Shown: in pieces, positions 1 to 9,081 of the stretch
How the letters are laid out: the number at the start of each line of letters is the position of its first letter
Numbering within the stretch: position 1 is the first letter of the stretch
From: an uncultured Candidatus Binatia bacterium
GTDB lineage: Bacteria > Desulfobacterota > Binatia > UBA9968 > CAXXLF01
Direction: 5' to 3'
Assembly: GCA_965218425.1 (NCBI GenBank)
Contig: OZ244621.1
Span: forward strand, 1,184,001 to 1,248,000
DNA length: 64,000 nucleotides
Made by a program: the position numbers and the translations under genes
Notes under the pieces: model-generated
Told to the model about the DNA's origin: nothing
Databases searched by the model: none
What the model saw: the letters and a program-made list of their open reading frames with translations, nothing else

Positions 1-384
1 GACGCCTTCGGCTCAGCTCCCACCACGCCACTAACCGACAGCATCCAAGGCACCGCCACCTGGTCCGGCTCCCTCTTAGGCGTGGACATCGGCCAACCCA
101 TGCTGCCGCCGGTGTTCGGCAACGCGGAGCTCAACGTGGACCTGGCCACTCTTAGGGGTTCCGCCCAGTTCCGTGACCTCACAGTGCACGTGGACAGCGT
201 TTCCACCGCGTTCCGCGCTCCTGAGCTGCAATACAGCATCAACGTTAACGGCAACACTTTCTCCGACGCCGCGGGCCATGTCCAGGGCGGATTCTTTGGC
301 CCCAATCATGAAGAGATGGCGGGTGTGTTGGATGACAGGGCTGCGGCTGTTAGCTTGCTGGCGGGATTTGGCGGGAGGCGGTAA
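1..384 (+). CDS. C-terminal part (5'-truncated by window edge) of a surface lipoprotein with a transferrin-binding-protein-like beta-barrel; paralog of 4111..5610
   Basis: Frame +1 is open from base 1 (DAFGSAP...ATWSGSLLGVD...PVFG...GGFFGPNHEEMAGVLDD...LLAGFGG) and aligns by eye with the C-terminus of 4111..5610 (DAFGNP...WNGSLLATD...PVFG...GDFYGPQHEEVAGVLND...ILGAFGG). Confidence 0.75.
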   Translation, partial: DAFGSAPTTPLTDSIQGTATWSGSLLGVDIGQPMLPPVFGNAELNVDLATLRGSAQFRDLTVHVDSVSTAFRAPELQYSINVNGNTFSDAAGHVQGGFFGPNHEEMAGVLDDRAAAVSLLAGFGGRR

Positions 385-486
385 AAATTGCAGGTGGCCG
401 CTTTGGTTTGACGCGCCGCGGCCGGCGCCGGGCTCCGCGGCGCAGGACGAAAAAGCAGGGTTGCTCTTACTGATGGTATCTGGGGG

Positions 487-619
487 CCGGCGTCATGCCT
501 GCCTTCTTGCTGTTCTGGGTTCCCTTCCCTTTCGGATTCCAGCTTGTATTGTGCCAGCTCTCTTTTGCAATCTCCTGTCCGTTTGGACGCGGTCCACCAA
601 AGCATGGATGCGGTTCTTT
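487..619 (-). repeat. Repeat module B, copy 1 (3' end of a RAYT-like transposase gene)
   Basis: GGGTTCCCTTCCCTTTCGGATTCC...TGTCCGTTTGGACGCGGT recurs at ~9766-9897, ~20905-21014 and ~22877-22990. The minus strand reads RVQTDRRLQKRAGTIQAGIRKGREPRTARRQA*. Confidence 0.85.
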
Positions 620-622
620 ATC

Positions 623-755
623 GTCGGCGTAGCGGATCAACAATAATTGAGAATGGCCTGGAAAATCCGAGAAATTCCGGGGCGAAACGACCCGTAAATC
701 GCCCATGCAAAGCCCCTTAAAGGGGTGTGCATCGACCGCGCTCGATGCCGCCGGA
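623..755. repeat. Repeat module C, copy 1
   Basis: TCGGCGTAGCGGATC..AATAATTGAGAATGGCCTGGAAA..CCGAGAAATTCCGGGGCG... is near-identical at 6065-6195 and diverged at 23036-23140. Confidence 0.85.
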
Positions 756-759
756 AACA

Positions 760-1055
760 GAAAAACGTCATGCATGCTGGGAGTCGATACGGGCCGAAAC
801 GAGCGCGGTGGCGTGGTCGTTGGCGGGTTCAGATTCAGGATTACTTGATTGCCGTTGTGCAGAACATCGAGCTGATGATTGTTCATGCACGGCCAAAACC
901 CAGAGCCGTATTGGCGGCAGCAACGAGGTCGGTCATTCGCTTTGCGGCCCCCCATCCAATGGTCTTGCAGCAAGCCGTCATAGCTTGAGCAAACAAACAC
1001 GTTATAGCTCGATTGGATCTATTGCGCTATTGAACCGACGTTTGGGCAACAGACC
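760..1055 (+). mobile_element. Remnant of a DDE IS (IS1182/IS5-like): transposase C-terminus plus probable right terminal repeat
   Basis: ORF 725..988 contains RYGPKRARWRGRWRVQIQDYLIAVVQNI, typical of IS1182-type transposase C-termini. TTTGGGCAACAGACC at 1041-1055 resembles an IS end. Confidence 0.6.
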
Positions 1056-1129
1056 GAAAAGATTTGACCCCTTCGCCGGAGGCCGCCATGCGGTCGGTCC
1101 ACATCCTCTGCCCAGGTACCGGGACCATA

Positions 1130-1232
1130 ACGGGCGCGTATCGATCACCCCAGCGGGTAGGAGCATTATCTCCCTGGGAGGCTCCGTCCCGCCGGGGATC
1201 TTGACGGCTGTGGCTACGCAGTAGAAAGGCAT
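1130..1232 (-). pseudogene. N-terminal fragment of a Mu-like prophage I (head protease) protein
   Basis: EPPREIMLLPAGVIDTRP resembles the conserved N-terminus of Mu-like gpI proteins; it then breaks into unrelated sequence. Confidence 0.45.
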
Positions 1233-1281
1233 CCCCCCTTATACAATATGTGGTGGAGTGTACAAGGCCCAGGCACAATAT

Positions 1282-2142
1282 CTATATGTCGTTGTCGGGT
1301 TCTTTGGGTGGGTTATCGGAGAGATGGGTGTCCGTTGTGGACGGCCGCTCGGGCGATGGCTCCTCTTGAGAGACCTTTTTCTTTGGCGTCCGTTTTTTTT
1401 TCGGGAGCGAAATCCTGACCTGCTCAAGTTCAGATAGCGCGGCATCGTTCAGCAAACGTCGTATCCCGGCGAGGATGTCTTCCGGGGGCAACGCGATCCG
1501 ATAGTCTCGTCGGATCTTGTGCCGAATGGCACTGATGACGGGCTCGCAAAGTATCGCCCGGAGCAGGCTGCGGGGGTCGAGAACTTTTGTTTTGCGCCAC
1601 AACTCGTCCAACGCTCCTCGTCGGATATTTCGATGGGACAGGAGTTCCAGTCCATCGGCAATCACGGACATCTCGGACGTTACAAAGTCCCACGAGTAGA
1701 TGAGTTGGGTCTGCGGAGGCTGCTCGAATAAGATGTGATAGAGCCGCCACTCTTTAGAGTTCGTGAGGAGCATCCATTCGCAACCCGCGTTGATAGCATA
1801 GGACACGGCTTGACGAATGTGTTTCGATCCGAGCTCGACGTTAACCCTCTTGATCTCCACCACGATTGCCGGCTTCGCGTTGTCGGTGCCATCTACGCAT
1901 ATAGTGAAATCCATGTGCTCTGTTTCACCTGCGCCGCGCACCGCTTTTTCACGAGAGAGGTGCTTGAAGGGGTCGTACCCCATAAGGAGTTCGAAAACCC
2001 GCTCTACACGTCTCCTGGTTTCCGCCTCGTTGCAATCAAGTCGTTCCGCCTCTTGGATCATGTGCTGGGTGTCGACGATGTTACGCCGGAGAACCTTGTC
2101 CACAGACTTTCGTTCCATTTGGAATGCCTCCTTAAGCAGCAT
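1282..2142 (-). CDS. Standalone HsdR N-terminal-domain (PD-(D/E)xK) restriction-like nuclease
   Basis: Motifs NEAETR...LLMGYD...SRE...MDF...VEIKR...QAVSYA...WMLLTN..EWRLY; no helicase domain. Confidence 0.8.
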   Translation of the reverse strand: MLLKEAFQMERKSVDKVLRRNIVDTQHMIQEAERLDCNEAETRRRVERVFELLMGYDPFKHLSREKAVRGAGETEHMDFTICVDGTDNAKPAIVVEIKRVNVELGSKHIRQAVSYAINAGCEWMLLTNSKEWRLYHILFEQPPQTQLIYSWDFVTSEMSVIADGLELLSHRNIRRGALDELWRKTKVLDPRSLLRAILCEPVISAIRHKIRRDYRIALPPEDILAGIRRLLNDAALSELEQVRISLPKKKRTPKKKVSQEEPSPERPSTTDTHLSDNPPKEPDNDI

Positions 2143-2247
2143 AAATTGACCGAATTTCAGGGCCGCTCATAAAACCATCCTCTGCATTGAATCGCTACTT
2201 ATTTATTTTCTGAGATTGTACTCGCCAAGGAAGCGTCAGTAAAGAGG

Positions 2248-2403
2248 TCAAATCTTTTGTTGACAAATAACATCTTCCAGATTCTCCAGCCGCCTCCAAA
2301 ATCTTCTATCTGCCTCACGCTTTAAGTGAATCCCATGGCACGCCCAGCCCACTGCACCGCAACTCTTCACTCCATACTCCCTGGCTGCTTCCACCAACGT
2401 CAT
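2248..2403 (-). pseudogene. C-terminal helical/HTH fragment of a RAYT-like transposase
   Basis: TLVEAAREYGVKSCGAVGWACHGI...DRRFWRRLENLEDVICQQKI*, with the stop inside the terminal repeat. Confidence 0.6.
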
Positions 2404-2409
2404 GTCGCT

Positions 2410-2992
2410 TGGCCTCTTCATCTTTGACCTTGAAGAACGCCCGGGCTCTTCTTTGCGCGAAGCTGCCTCTGCCCGCACGGATCGGGATCTGGAACGCCTG
2501 AGAGAGATTGTCGATGATGTCCTGGCGTCTCTTTATCTGCCGCCCTTCGGCGGTGTTGGGGGGGTGGTAGTTATTTTTTAGCGGGGTGGAAGATTGGGGT
2601 ATGTCGTCCTGCCTCATTTTGAAATCGGGCAGGCCGTAGGCGTGCGGGTCCTCTGCTATAGCGGGATTGGGGGTATATCCTTCGGGACTATCAACCCTTC
2701 CCGGTCCGCCTTGGTTTTGATCTTGATACACTCCTCCGCCCACTTCCTGTATCTTTCCGGTTGGGCTCCCTTCCTTGATTCCAAGGAACGATGGAACTCC
2801 TTCCATTCCTTCAAGGAAGAATACAGTGTTGGCGGGTCTATTGTTGAGATTAATTCCTCCTGGTTCGGTGTCATAGTATATACTCCCAAGCGTGTGAAAA
2901 TACCTGAAGGAATCTTCTACGATATCCGCATGCCGGCTGTCAAGGGTCGTGGCGTAATCGACATAACCGAACCGGTGAGACACTCGCCACAC
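2410..2992 (-). pseudogene. Fragment of a phage/MGE large polyvalent-type protein
   Basis: ORF 2315..2992 contains RRQDIIDNLSQAFQIPIRAGRG...ARAFFKVKDE, reminiscent of virion-injected polyvalent proteins. ORF 2656..2889 overlaps in another frame. Confidence 0.35.
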
Positions 2993-2998
2993 TATGTC

Positions 2999-3484
2999 CT
3001 AGTGAATCCGTTGCGCGTCATCGGCCGTCAATTTTTTTTCGTTCACTCTCACTTGGATCGCCAGTCTCACGGCCTCGCTTACGTTATCCAGCATTCTCCT
3101 CAATCGCCTTACGCCTTTTTGTTGAGACTGCCAATCCTTAAGCTCCTTTGTCATCTTGGCCGCATATACGCTGCCATTGGAGCCAACGGCCACTATGGAA
3201 TCCATGCCTATGTAAGTTAAGGCCAGTACGTCATCCGGGCTCAAGGGCCTCATTCTCGGATGATTGTGGTACAGGGTGATCTTGCGGTTGGCCTCGCTCA
3301 TCGTTTTCTTTAGATCGGGGGTAAAGGATATCTCCGACTTCTGATGAACACTCCCGGCGTGGGAATTGCCGCTGATACTATCGACCAACACCATATGCTC
3401 GAAGCCGTCCTGCTCCCCTTTCCCTAAGACGTGTTCTATCGCTCGCTTCGGCGCTTCTGAGGTAATGCCTAAGGCACATCCCAA
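2999..3484 (-). CDS. JAB/MPN-like domain protein (HNHP motif), probably a phage head-morphogenesis or polyvalent protein fragment
   Basis: E..EHMVLVD...ITLYHNHP...LSPDD..... IVAVG fits a JAB-type metal motif. Confidence 0.55.
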   Translation of the reverse strand: MGCALGITSEAPKRAIEHVLGKGEQDGFEHMVLVDSISGNSHAGSVHQKSEISFTPDLKKTMSEANRKITLYHNHPRMRPLSPDDVLALTYIGMDSIVAVGSNGSVYAAKMTKELKDWQSQQKGVRRLRRMLDNVSEAVRLAIQVRVNEKKLTADDAQRIH

Positions 3485-3519
3485 CTTTCCTCCCCTCGTT
3501 CTCCTCTCCTCTGCAGCTC

Positions 3520-3681
3520 CTCACCGGATCTTCCACCCCCCATAGATCGTGTGCCTGTGAAACCGTCTTCAGAAATTCCCCATAGTCGGCCCTGCTGAGG
3601 AACACCTTTCGGCGGGCGGATCCCCGGGTTCATCAAATGATGGACTGCACCCCGATATTCAATGCGTAAGGGCCGAGACAT
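3520..3681 (-). pseudogene. N-terminal fragment of a REP-associated tyrosine transposase (RAYT / Y1_Tnp)
   Basis: MSRPLRIEYRGAVHHLMNPG, then after a frameshift VFLSRADYGEFLKTVSQAHDLWGVE. This is the canonical RAYT start; it stops before the HUH motif. Confidence 0.8.
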
Positions 3682-4110
3682 TGAAAGCCTTAATTACAGC
3701 TCACATCCCAATTATCGACAAAAGACTTGACCCCATCGCCTCGCCGGCGCCCCGGTTGTGTCCGGTCGTTTGCAGGAAGACGCGCGGGCAATCGAACGCT
3801 GCAAGGGTCGTGCATTTGGCCAAATTATAATATCCCATAGGCCAAAATATTTCAGTTTGACAACCCGCCTGCGACTCATCGATCCTATAATGTGATCAAA
3901 CCCTTGTGTAACGGTGATGATGAACTCCAATCAACAGAGCCTCCTGTGTCGGGTCTTGTGCCGAATACAATAACCCAACCAAGGTTCGGATTAGCTATCC
4001 GAGCTGGGTGAATAGGCAGAACTTCACACATTATCTCTGCGATAGTTGCAAATAGCCCGGCAATTTCGCCCGGTCATAATATTTCTCTAACTAGGAGGTT
4101 TCGATTCGAA

Positions 4111-5610
4111 ATGAAAACGATATGTGGGATTTTTACAGGCATGATAGTGTTCGTGGCGCTGGGTTGTGGAGGCACAAGCTCTAGTTCCAATTCCAATTTG
4201 CTCAATCAGAGTCCCGCGCTTAGGTACCCTGGTCGGGATTATCGTAACACCGCGGGAGTGGATATTCGTGATACCTGGAAAGAGACGAGCCCTATAAAGT
4301 CCCATTTCGGCCTGGAGCCTGGGGGTACGCCAATCGGCGGTCTTATTGATCATGCCGATCTTCCACAATTCAAAACGTCCGCGTGGACAATCCTGGGGTC
4401 AAAGAACGGTATCACTTACGGACAACAAATGTCGGGTCCCACAGACACCATCGACATTGATTTCACCGGATACTTTGCGGAATTGCCCGACTACGTGCAG
4501 GGCGCGCTGGAGCGGGCGGGGAAGTCCTGGTCTTATAGGCTGACCGACAAACTGGGTTCGCATCTATCAACGGATTCGCCTGTGACTGGGGTTACTAGAG
4601 TGGACGGACGAATTCCACCACGCAGCGTCGATGGTATTCTGATTGATATCGATTCCGATTATAACAACCCCGCGTGGGATTATGTTTGGGGGTATTCTCG
4701 TGGGACTTATCGGACCACTCAGACGGTAGGGGGGGACTTTACGGTCAGGACTGGTTGGGTCGATTTGGCGGCAACTACTATCGAGCAGGGTGATAGTTGG
4801 CTGGCACATATCGCTTCTCATGAAGTTGGTCACGCCATCGGACATAGTGCGACACATAATACGTTGCCAGAGACCATTGCCCGTTATGTGGACTTTGACC
4901 GGGGAGTATGGACCGGACCGGCATTGACGGCGGCTAATCGAGGCAGGAACGTGCCTTTCCAGGACCTTGACGGCGAAACGGATTTTGGTCACTTGGGTGC
5001 TTGCGCCATGATTATGTCCTATTGCGGTAATCCGATTGAAATCCCGCATGAGTTGGATTTCGCTTTCATGAAGGACATTGGCTACACCGTGGAGGACTCC
5101 TATCCTACAGTGCCCGAACAATACAGTTACGGCGCATGGGCGGAACATTCGGCTTGGGGTGTGTTGGCGGCTAGAAGTTTGACTTTCGCTTCCTATGGTA
5201 TAACCGATCATATTACGGTGCAGGCAGATGCCTTCGGGAACCCATCTAACACGGATTTTGCTGGTTCACATATCGGGACGCTACAGTGGAACGGTTCCTT
5301 ATTGGCGACGGATTTGGAGAAATTCGCGCCGGTTTTTGGCGATACACGTATTGTGTTGTCAGGTGACACCTTGGACGGCACTGTCTCATTTACGAATCTC
5401 CGTACGGTAAAAGATGCGGAAGGCGAGGTAGCGCTCATGCCGTGGCGCAGAGCTAGTTTAGGGTACGGCGTCAAGGTGGAAGGGAATAGTTTCAGGGATG
5501 TCGGTGAAAAAGTCAGCGGGGATTTCTACGGCCCGCAACACGAGGAAGTGGCCGGTGTCTTGAACGATGGGCCTGCAAAAATTCTGGGGGCTTTTGGCGG
5601 CACCAGATGA
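4111..5610 (+). CDS. Lipoprotein: zinc metalloprotease (metzincin-like) domain plus C-terminal transferrin-binding-like beta-barrel
   Basis: Lipobox VALGC, HEVGHAIGH zinc motif, IMSY Met-turn, C-terminal GDFYGPQHEEVAG...GAFGG; SD AGGAGG upstream. Confidence 0.75.
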   Translation: MKTICGIFTGMIVFVALGCGGTSSSSNSNLLNQSPALRYPGRDYRNTAGVDIRDTWKETSPIKSHFGLEPGGTPIGGLIDHADLPQFKTSAWTILGSKNGITYGQQMSGPTDTIDIDFTGYFAELPDYVQGALERAGKSWSYRLTDKLGSHLSTDSPVTGVTRVDGRIPPRSVDGILIDIDSDYNNPAWDYVWGYSRGTYRTTQTVGGDFTVRTGWVDLAATTIEQGDSWLAHIASHEVGHAIGHSATHNTLPETIARYVDFDRGVWTGPALTAANRGRNVPFQDLDGETDFGHLGACAMIMSYCGNPIEIPHELDFAFMKDIGYTVEDSYPTVPEQYSYGAWAEHSAWGVLAARSLTFASYGITDHITVQADAFGNPSNTDFAGSHIGTLQWNGSLLATDLEKFAPVFGDTRIVLSGDTLDGTVSFTNLRTVKDAEGEVALMPWRRASLGYGVKVEGNSFRDVGEKVSGDFYGPQHEEVAGVLNDGPAKILGAFGGTR

Positions 5611-5932
5611 GACTGTTCGCAATCCAGCATATCCTATCCCGCGAGAGAAGATGATGGCACCCGGTAAGGTAAGTGCAGCATCGCGGCGGCCCTGCGCAAC
5701 CGGGTAGGGTGATCTACGTCAAGTGGCTACTCGGTACCGCGTTGCCTCAAGGGGCTGAAAGAGCTGCAATGGATCTTCATGTAATTGCCGGTGAGATCGA
5801 GTGTCTTTTGAGCTTCACTGGCGCATACGGCGAGCCCGCAATGTTTTCTAAGTAAGTCCCCGTTATGGACCTTCGCAAGTTAAGACGTACTTCAGTCTAT
5901 CGATCCTGGCGATCATAATACTTAGCAGCCCA

Positions 5933-5992
5933 TTGTGGGGGTCAGACCTTGACACTTGACATGATTCATCTCGCCTTCTCAAAAGTTATTGA
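5933..5992. repeat. Repeat module A, copy 1 (RAYT-element-like end)
   Basis: TTGTGGGGGTCAGACCTTGACACTTGACATGATTCATCTCGCCTTCTCAAAAGTTATTGA is near-identical at 9570-9628 and 22681-22740. Confidence 0.92.
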
Positions 5993-6000
5993 ACAAAGAC

Positions 6001-6063
6001 AAAAGGGTCAAGCCCTGGCAGGGTGGCGGTTGCAGCGGCCGTCAAACCTGAAAGGAGAAGACC
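6001..6063 (+). repeat. Repeat module D (GGGTCAAG end followed by an SD-like AAAGGAGAA); inverted copy at 9942-10006
   Basis: AAAAGGGTCAAGCCCTGGCAGGGTGGCGGTTGCAGCGGCCGTCAAACCTGAAAGGAGAAG versus the reverse complement of 9942-10006, AAAGGGGTCAAGCTCCAGTAGTGTGGTGGTTGTAACGGCCATCAAACCTGAAAGGAGAAG. Confidence 0.8.
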
Positions 6064-6064
6064 G

Positions 6065-6195
6065 TCGGCGTAGCGGATCGGAAATAATTGAGAATGGCCT
6101 GGAAAGTCCGAGAAATTCCGGGGCGGAACGACCCGGAAACCGCCCATGCAAAGCCCCTGAAAGGGCCGTGCATCGACCGTGCTTGACGCCAGCGA
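6065..6195. repeat. Repeat module C, copy 2
   Basis: Close match to 623-755. Confidence 0.85.
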
Positions 6196-6480
6196 TGCCC
6201 GAGCAATTTACTCACCAGGGCAGGTTCTTCCCGGACATGACAGCGTGGCGGGCTAACTTGCGGCTGAGGTCATGAATCCGCAGCTTATCCACCTAGGTGT
6301 CCGCATCGTTCTTCCGTTCCGCTCAGAGGCTAGGGCGTTACGAGCCGTTGAGCATCTGCCAGGCCGACGGCAACGTGCCTGTCGCTGGTTCCCTGTATGC
6401 ATGGCGCCGTGTTACACTTGCCACCTTTACCCGCGGGACAGGTGACGACGACGGCGAAACGCGCAGCGACAACAAAGAGG

Positions 6481-6684
6481 ATGACCGGAACGAACACGAA
6501 ACTGACGGCGGCTGTCGAAACCTATTTCGCCGATCTCTTACGGGTGCGCTCCTCGGGCGGCGCGACCGTGGAGCGGTCGAGCTACGGGCCGCTCGCCAAT
6601 CTGCTGAACGCGGCAGGCGCGACGCTCAAGCCGAAGGTGTGCTGCGTCGGCGAGCTTGCCGACCAGGGCGCGTGCGATGAATAG
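6481..6684 (+). pseudogene. Truncated N-terminus of a type ISP/IIG restriction-modification enzyme
   Basis: AVETYFADL..VRSSGGATVERSSYGPLANLLNA.G..LKPKV.CVGELADQGA, then an abrupt stop before the usual PD nuclease motif. Confidence 0.65.
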
Positions 6685-6695
6685 CCTTGTGAGAT

Positions 6696-6726
6696 GCACC
6701 ACTCTGGTGTAATATGGTGCTATAAC
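6696..6726 (+). promoter_or_regulatory. Putative promoter with operator for the RHH/R-M operon
   Basis: GCACCA (6696-6701), TGGTGT (6705-6710) and TGGTGC (6715-6720) half-sites overlap an extended -10 TG-C-TATAAC; SD GGAGG precedes 6745. Confidence 0.5.
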
Positions 6727-6744
6727 TGATCGGAGGGTTAGCGG

Positions 6745-6963
6745 ATGGTCGGAATGGAGGGACAGAAAGTGAGAAAAACGCTACCGCCACATCGTGTATC
6801 AGTGAGTTTCCCGCCGGAGTTATACGAGACTTTGGAAACGGTCGCGCGGCAGAAAAAAGTGTCGGTGGCGTGGGTCGTACGTGACGCGGCTGAGAGGTAT
6901 GTCGCTGAGCAATGGCCCCTGTTCGCAACAGATGACAGGGACCGATATGAACGATACAGATGA
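6745..6963 (+). CDS. CopG/ribbon-helix-helix regulator (probable R-M controller)
   Basis: RVSVSFPPELYETLETVARQKKVSVAWVVRDAAERY is a typical RHH fold pattern; the gene overlaps the REase start. Confidence 0.85.
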   Translation: MVGMEGQKVRKTLPPHRVSVSFPPELYETLETVARQKKVSVAWVVRDAAERYVAEQWPLFATDDRDRYERYR

Positions 6964-7762
6964 CGAATATTTGCGGATCGTACTTGATGCGATTCGAGTC
7001 TGTGCGCACTACAAGCCGAAATTCGGTCAGGGAGCGAAGGGCGGTGGTTTGACGTTGGAACAGTTCCGTGACCTCTATCAGGGAGACGCCTTCTATAGCT
7101 GGTTCGGGTTGGATAACCCGATGATGTACGCGGCACACAAGGCTGCCGGAGGCATGACGAGTGTGTACCGGCAGATCGGAATTGGGTGCGAGAGGTTGTT
7201 TCGCAGGGTGGTGAAAGATTCTTTCGAATTGTCAGAAGAAGATGTGACCTGGTCGTATCAGGTGACGTTGCCAAGTGGACGGAAGCGAACACTGTATCTA
7301 GACGGGCGGGTACCTCTTGAGAAGATCGGCAACAAAGACAAACGGGAGCGTTTCCGTGGGTGGATGAGGGATTCTGCGAAGATGCTGGATGTTGAACAGA
7401 AGGTATTCGAGAGCTTGACGGGCACGATTTTTGAGATCCGGCAGGGTTATAAGAGCAAGGACTCGAAACGGCAGAATGCCGATATCGCCAACGCTGCCAC
7501 GGCCTACACGAAAGGGTATTTTCCTTGCGCAGTGATCTTGTCGGGACAAATCGACAGCGATGTGCTTTTGCGGTACCGTGCCGAGAAATGGTCGGTTGTG
7601 ACAGGGATTGTCGGTGCAACAGACCCGCTGATATCGACATATGACTTCATGCGGAATGTCATTGGATATGACTTATCGGCGTTCTTTGAACGGAATAGTT
7701 CCACGCTTCGCGAGGAGATCGACACCATTCTGATAGCCCTTTTAGCCCCGGAGGCGACATGA
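6947..7762 (+). CDS. Type II restriction endonuclease (AvaII/HgiCII-like by recall)
   Basis: YRQIGIGCE...LYLDG...FEIRQGYKSKDSKRQNAD, a PD-(D/E)xK-type pattern; 4-nt overlap with the downstream MTase. Confidence 0.75.
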   Translation: MNDTDDEYLRIVLDAIRVCAHYKPKFGQGAKGGGLTLEQFRDLYQGDAFYSWFGLDNPMMYAAHKAAGGMTSVYRQIGIGCERLFRRVVKDSFELSEEDVTWSYQVTLPSGRKRTLYLDGRVPLEKIGNKDKRERFRGWMRDSAKMLDVEQKVFESLTGTIFEIRQGYKSKDSKRQNADIANAATAYTKGYFPCAVILSGQIDSDVLLRYRAEKWSVVTGIVGATDPLISTYDFMRNVIGYDLSAFFERNSSTLREEIDTILIALLAPEAT

Positions 7763-9006
7763 GTGTAGTTGCCAGAGAAAAACTTCGCCAAAGAGCGGAC
7801 TATACGCATAAGTTCAACGCAAAGACGGGGCGGCATGGCTGGTTACGGCTGACACCTGCGTACTCGGTGAAGATTGTTGAAGAGCTTATGGACCAGTACG
7901 AAGAACCGTTGCGCGTGCTGGACCCGTTTTGTGGAACGGCGACGACAGCGCTGAGTGCGGCGTATCACGGGCACGAAGGCGTGACGACGGATATCAACCC
8001 GTTCCTGGTCTGGCTCGGCCAAGCGAAGATGGCGCAATACTCTGGTGCCTCGATAGTTTCGACACGTCGGGCATGTGCACGGGTGGTTGAGTCGGTGAAA
8101 CGGGGAGCGGTTGAGCCGGTGAAAGCGCCGCCTATTCATAACATTGAAAGATGGTGGTCGCCGGAAGCGCTGGAGTTTTTATGCACACTGAGGGCCGGTA
8201 TCGAAGCAGAAAGTAGGTACAATTCGCCGGAAAGGGCGTTTCTGCTGGTAGCGTTCTGTAGAACTCTGATCGAACTTTCGAACGCGGCTTTCAATCACCA
8301 ATCCTTGTCTTTTAAAGATGACGGGCAATTGCATCTCCAGCTCGATATCGACATGAGGCATGTGTTTAGCGAAGACGTGCAGTTCGTGTTGGAAGGTGCG
8401 GGGGAGAATCCGGAAGGAACGGGAAATGTAGTTTTCGGTGATTCCAGGAAGCTGCCGGGGGTAGTAGACGGCTCCTTCGATTTGGTGATTACGTCTCCGC
8501 CATATGTAAACCGGATGTCGTACATCCGTGAGCTGCGGCCGTACATGTATTGGCTCGGATTTCTGAATAACGGTCGGGATGCTGGCGAGCTTGACTGGAC
8601 GGCAATCGGTGGCACATGGGGGGTAGCAACAAGCAGACTGATTGATATGGAACGTCCAGGGGAGCCGTTTAAGCACCCGCTGCTCGATGAGGCATTGAAC
8701 GGGATAGCGCATCACGACAACAAGAGCGGGAAGATACTGGCAAGTTACGTGGCGAAGTATTTCGATGACATGTGGGAGCACTTTAATTCTCTAATCCCCG
8801 TGCTGAGCGAGGGCAGTGAGGTGCATTACATCGTGGGGAATTCCACGTTCTACGGTGTGCTCCTGTCGGTCGAGAGGCTATACGCGGCGATGCTTGAACG
8901 CTTGGGGTTTAAAGGGGTCGAGTGCCGCGCGATACGTAAGCGGAATTCAAAGAAAGAGTTGTTTGAGTTCGACGTTTCGGCGCGATGGATCGGGCGGAAG
9001 CCATGA
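7759..9006 (+). CDS. Amino-DNA methyltransferase (probably N4-cytosine, alpha order)
   Basis: Motif I LDPFCGTATT near the N-terminus and motif IV ITSPPY later. Confidence 0.88.
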   Translation: MSVVAREKLRQRADYTHKFNAKTGRHGWLRLTPAYSVKIVEELMDQYEEPLRVLDPFCGTATTALSAAYHGHEGVTTDINPFLVWLGQAKMAQYSGASIVSTRRACARVVESVKRGAVEPVKAPPIHNIERWWSPEALEFLCTLRAGIEAESRYNSPERAFLLVAFCRTLIELSNAAFNHQSLSFKDDGQLHLQLDIDMRHVFSEDVQFVLEGAGENPEGTGNVVFGDSRKLPGVVDGSFDLVITSPPYVNRMSYIRELRPYMYWLGFLNNGRDAGELDWTAIGGTWGVATSRLIDMERPGEPFKHPLLDEALNGIAHHDNKSGKILASYVAKYFDDMWEHFNSLIPVLSEGSEVHYIVGNSTFYGVLLSVERLYAAMLERLGFKGVECRAIRKRNSKKELFEFDVSARWIGRKP

Positions 9007-9081
9007 AGACGACTACGGATATGTAGTGGGAACAGTTAACGGATGAAGTGAAAGCAAAGAGTGATAAGCGATGTATCTTTG

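Larger units (their letters stand above)
2244..3734 (-). mobile_element. RAYT-like (Y1 HUH transposase) element with 23-bp terminal inverted repeats; transposase centre replaced by foreign DNA
   Basis: TIRs GAGGTCAAATCTTTTGTTGACAA (2244-2266) and the reverse complement of 3712-3734, GGGGTCAAGTCTTTTGTCGATAA, match 19/23. A transposase N-terminus starts at 3681 and a C-terminus ends at 2248. Confidence 0.7.
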
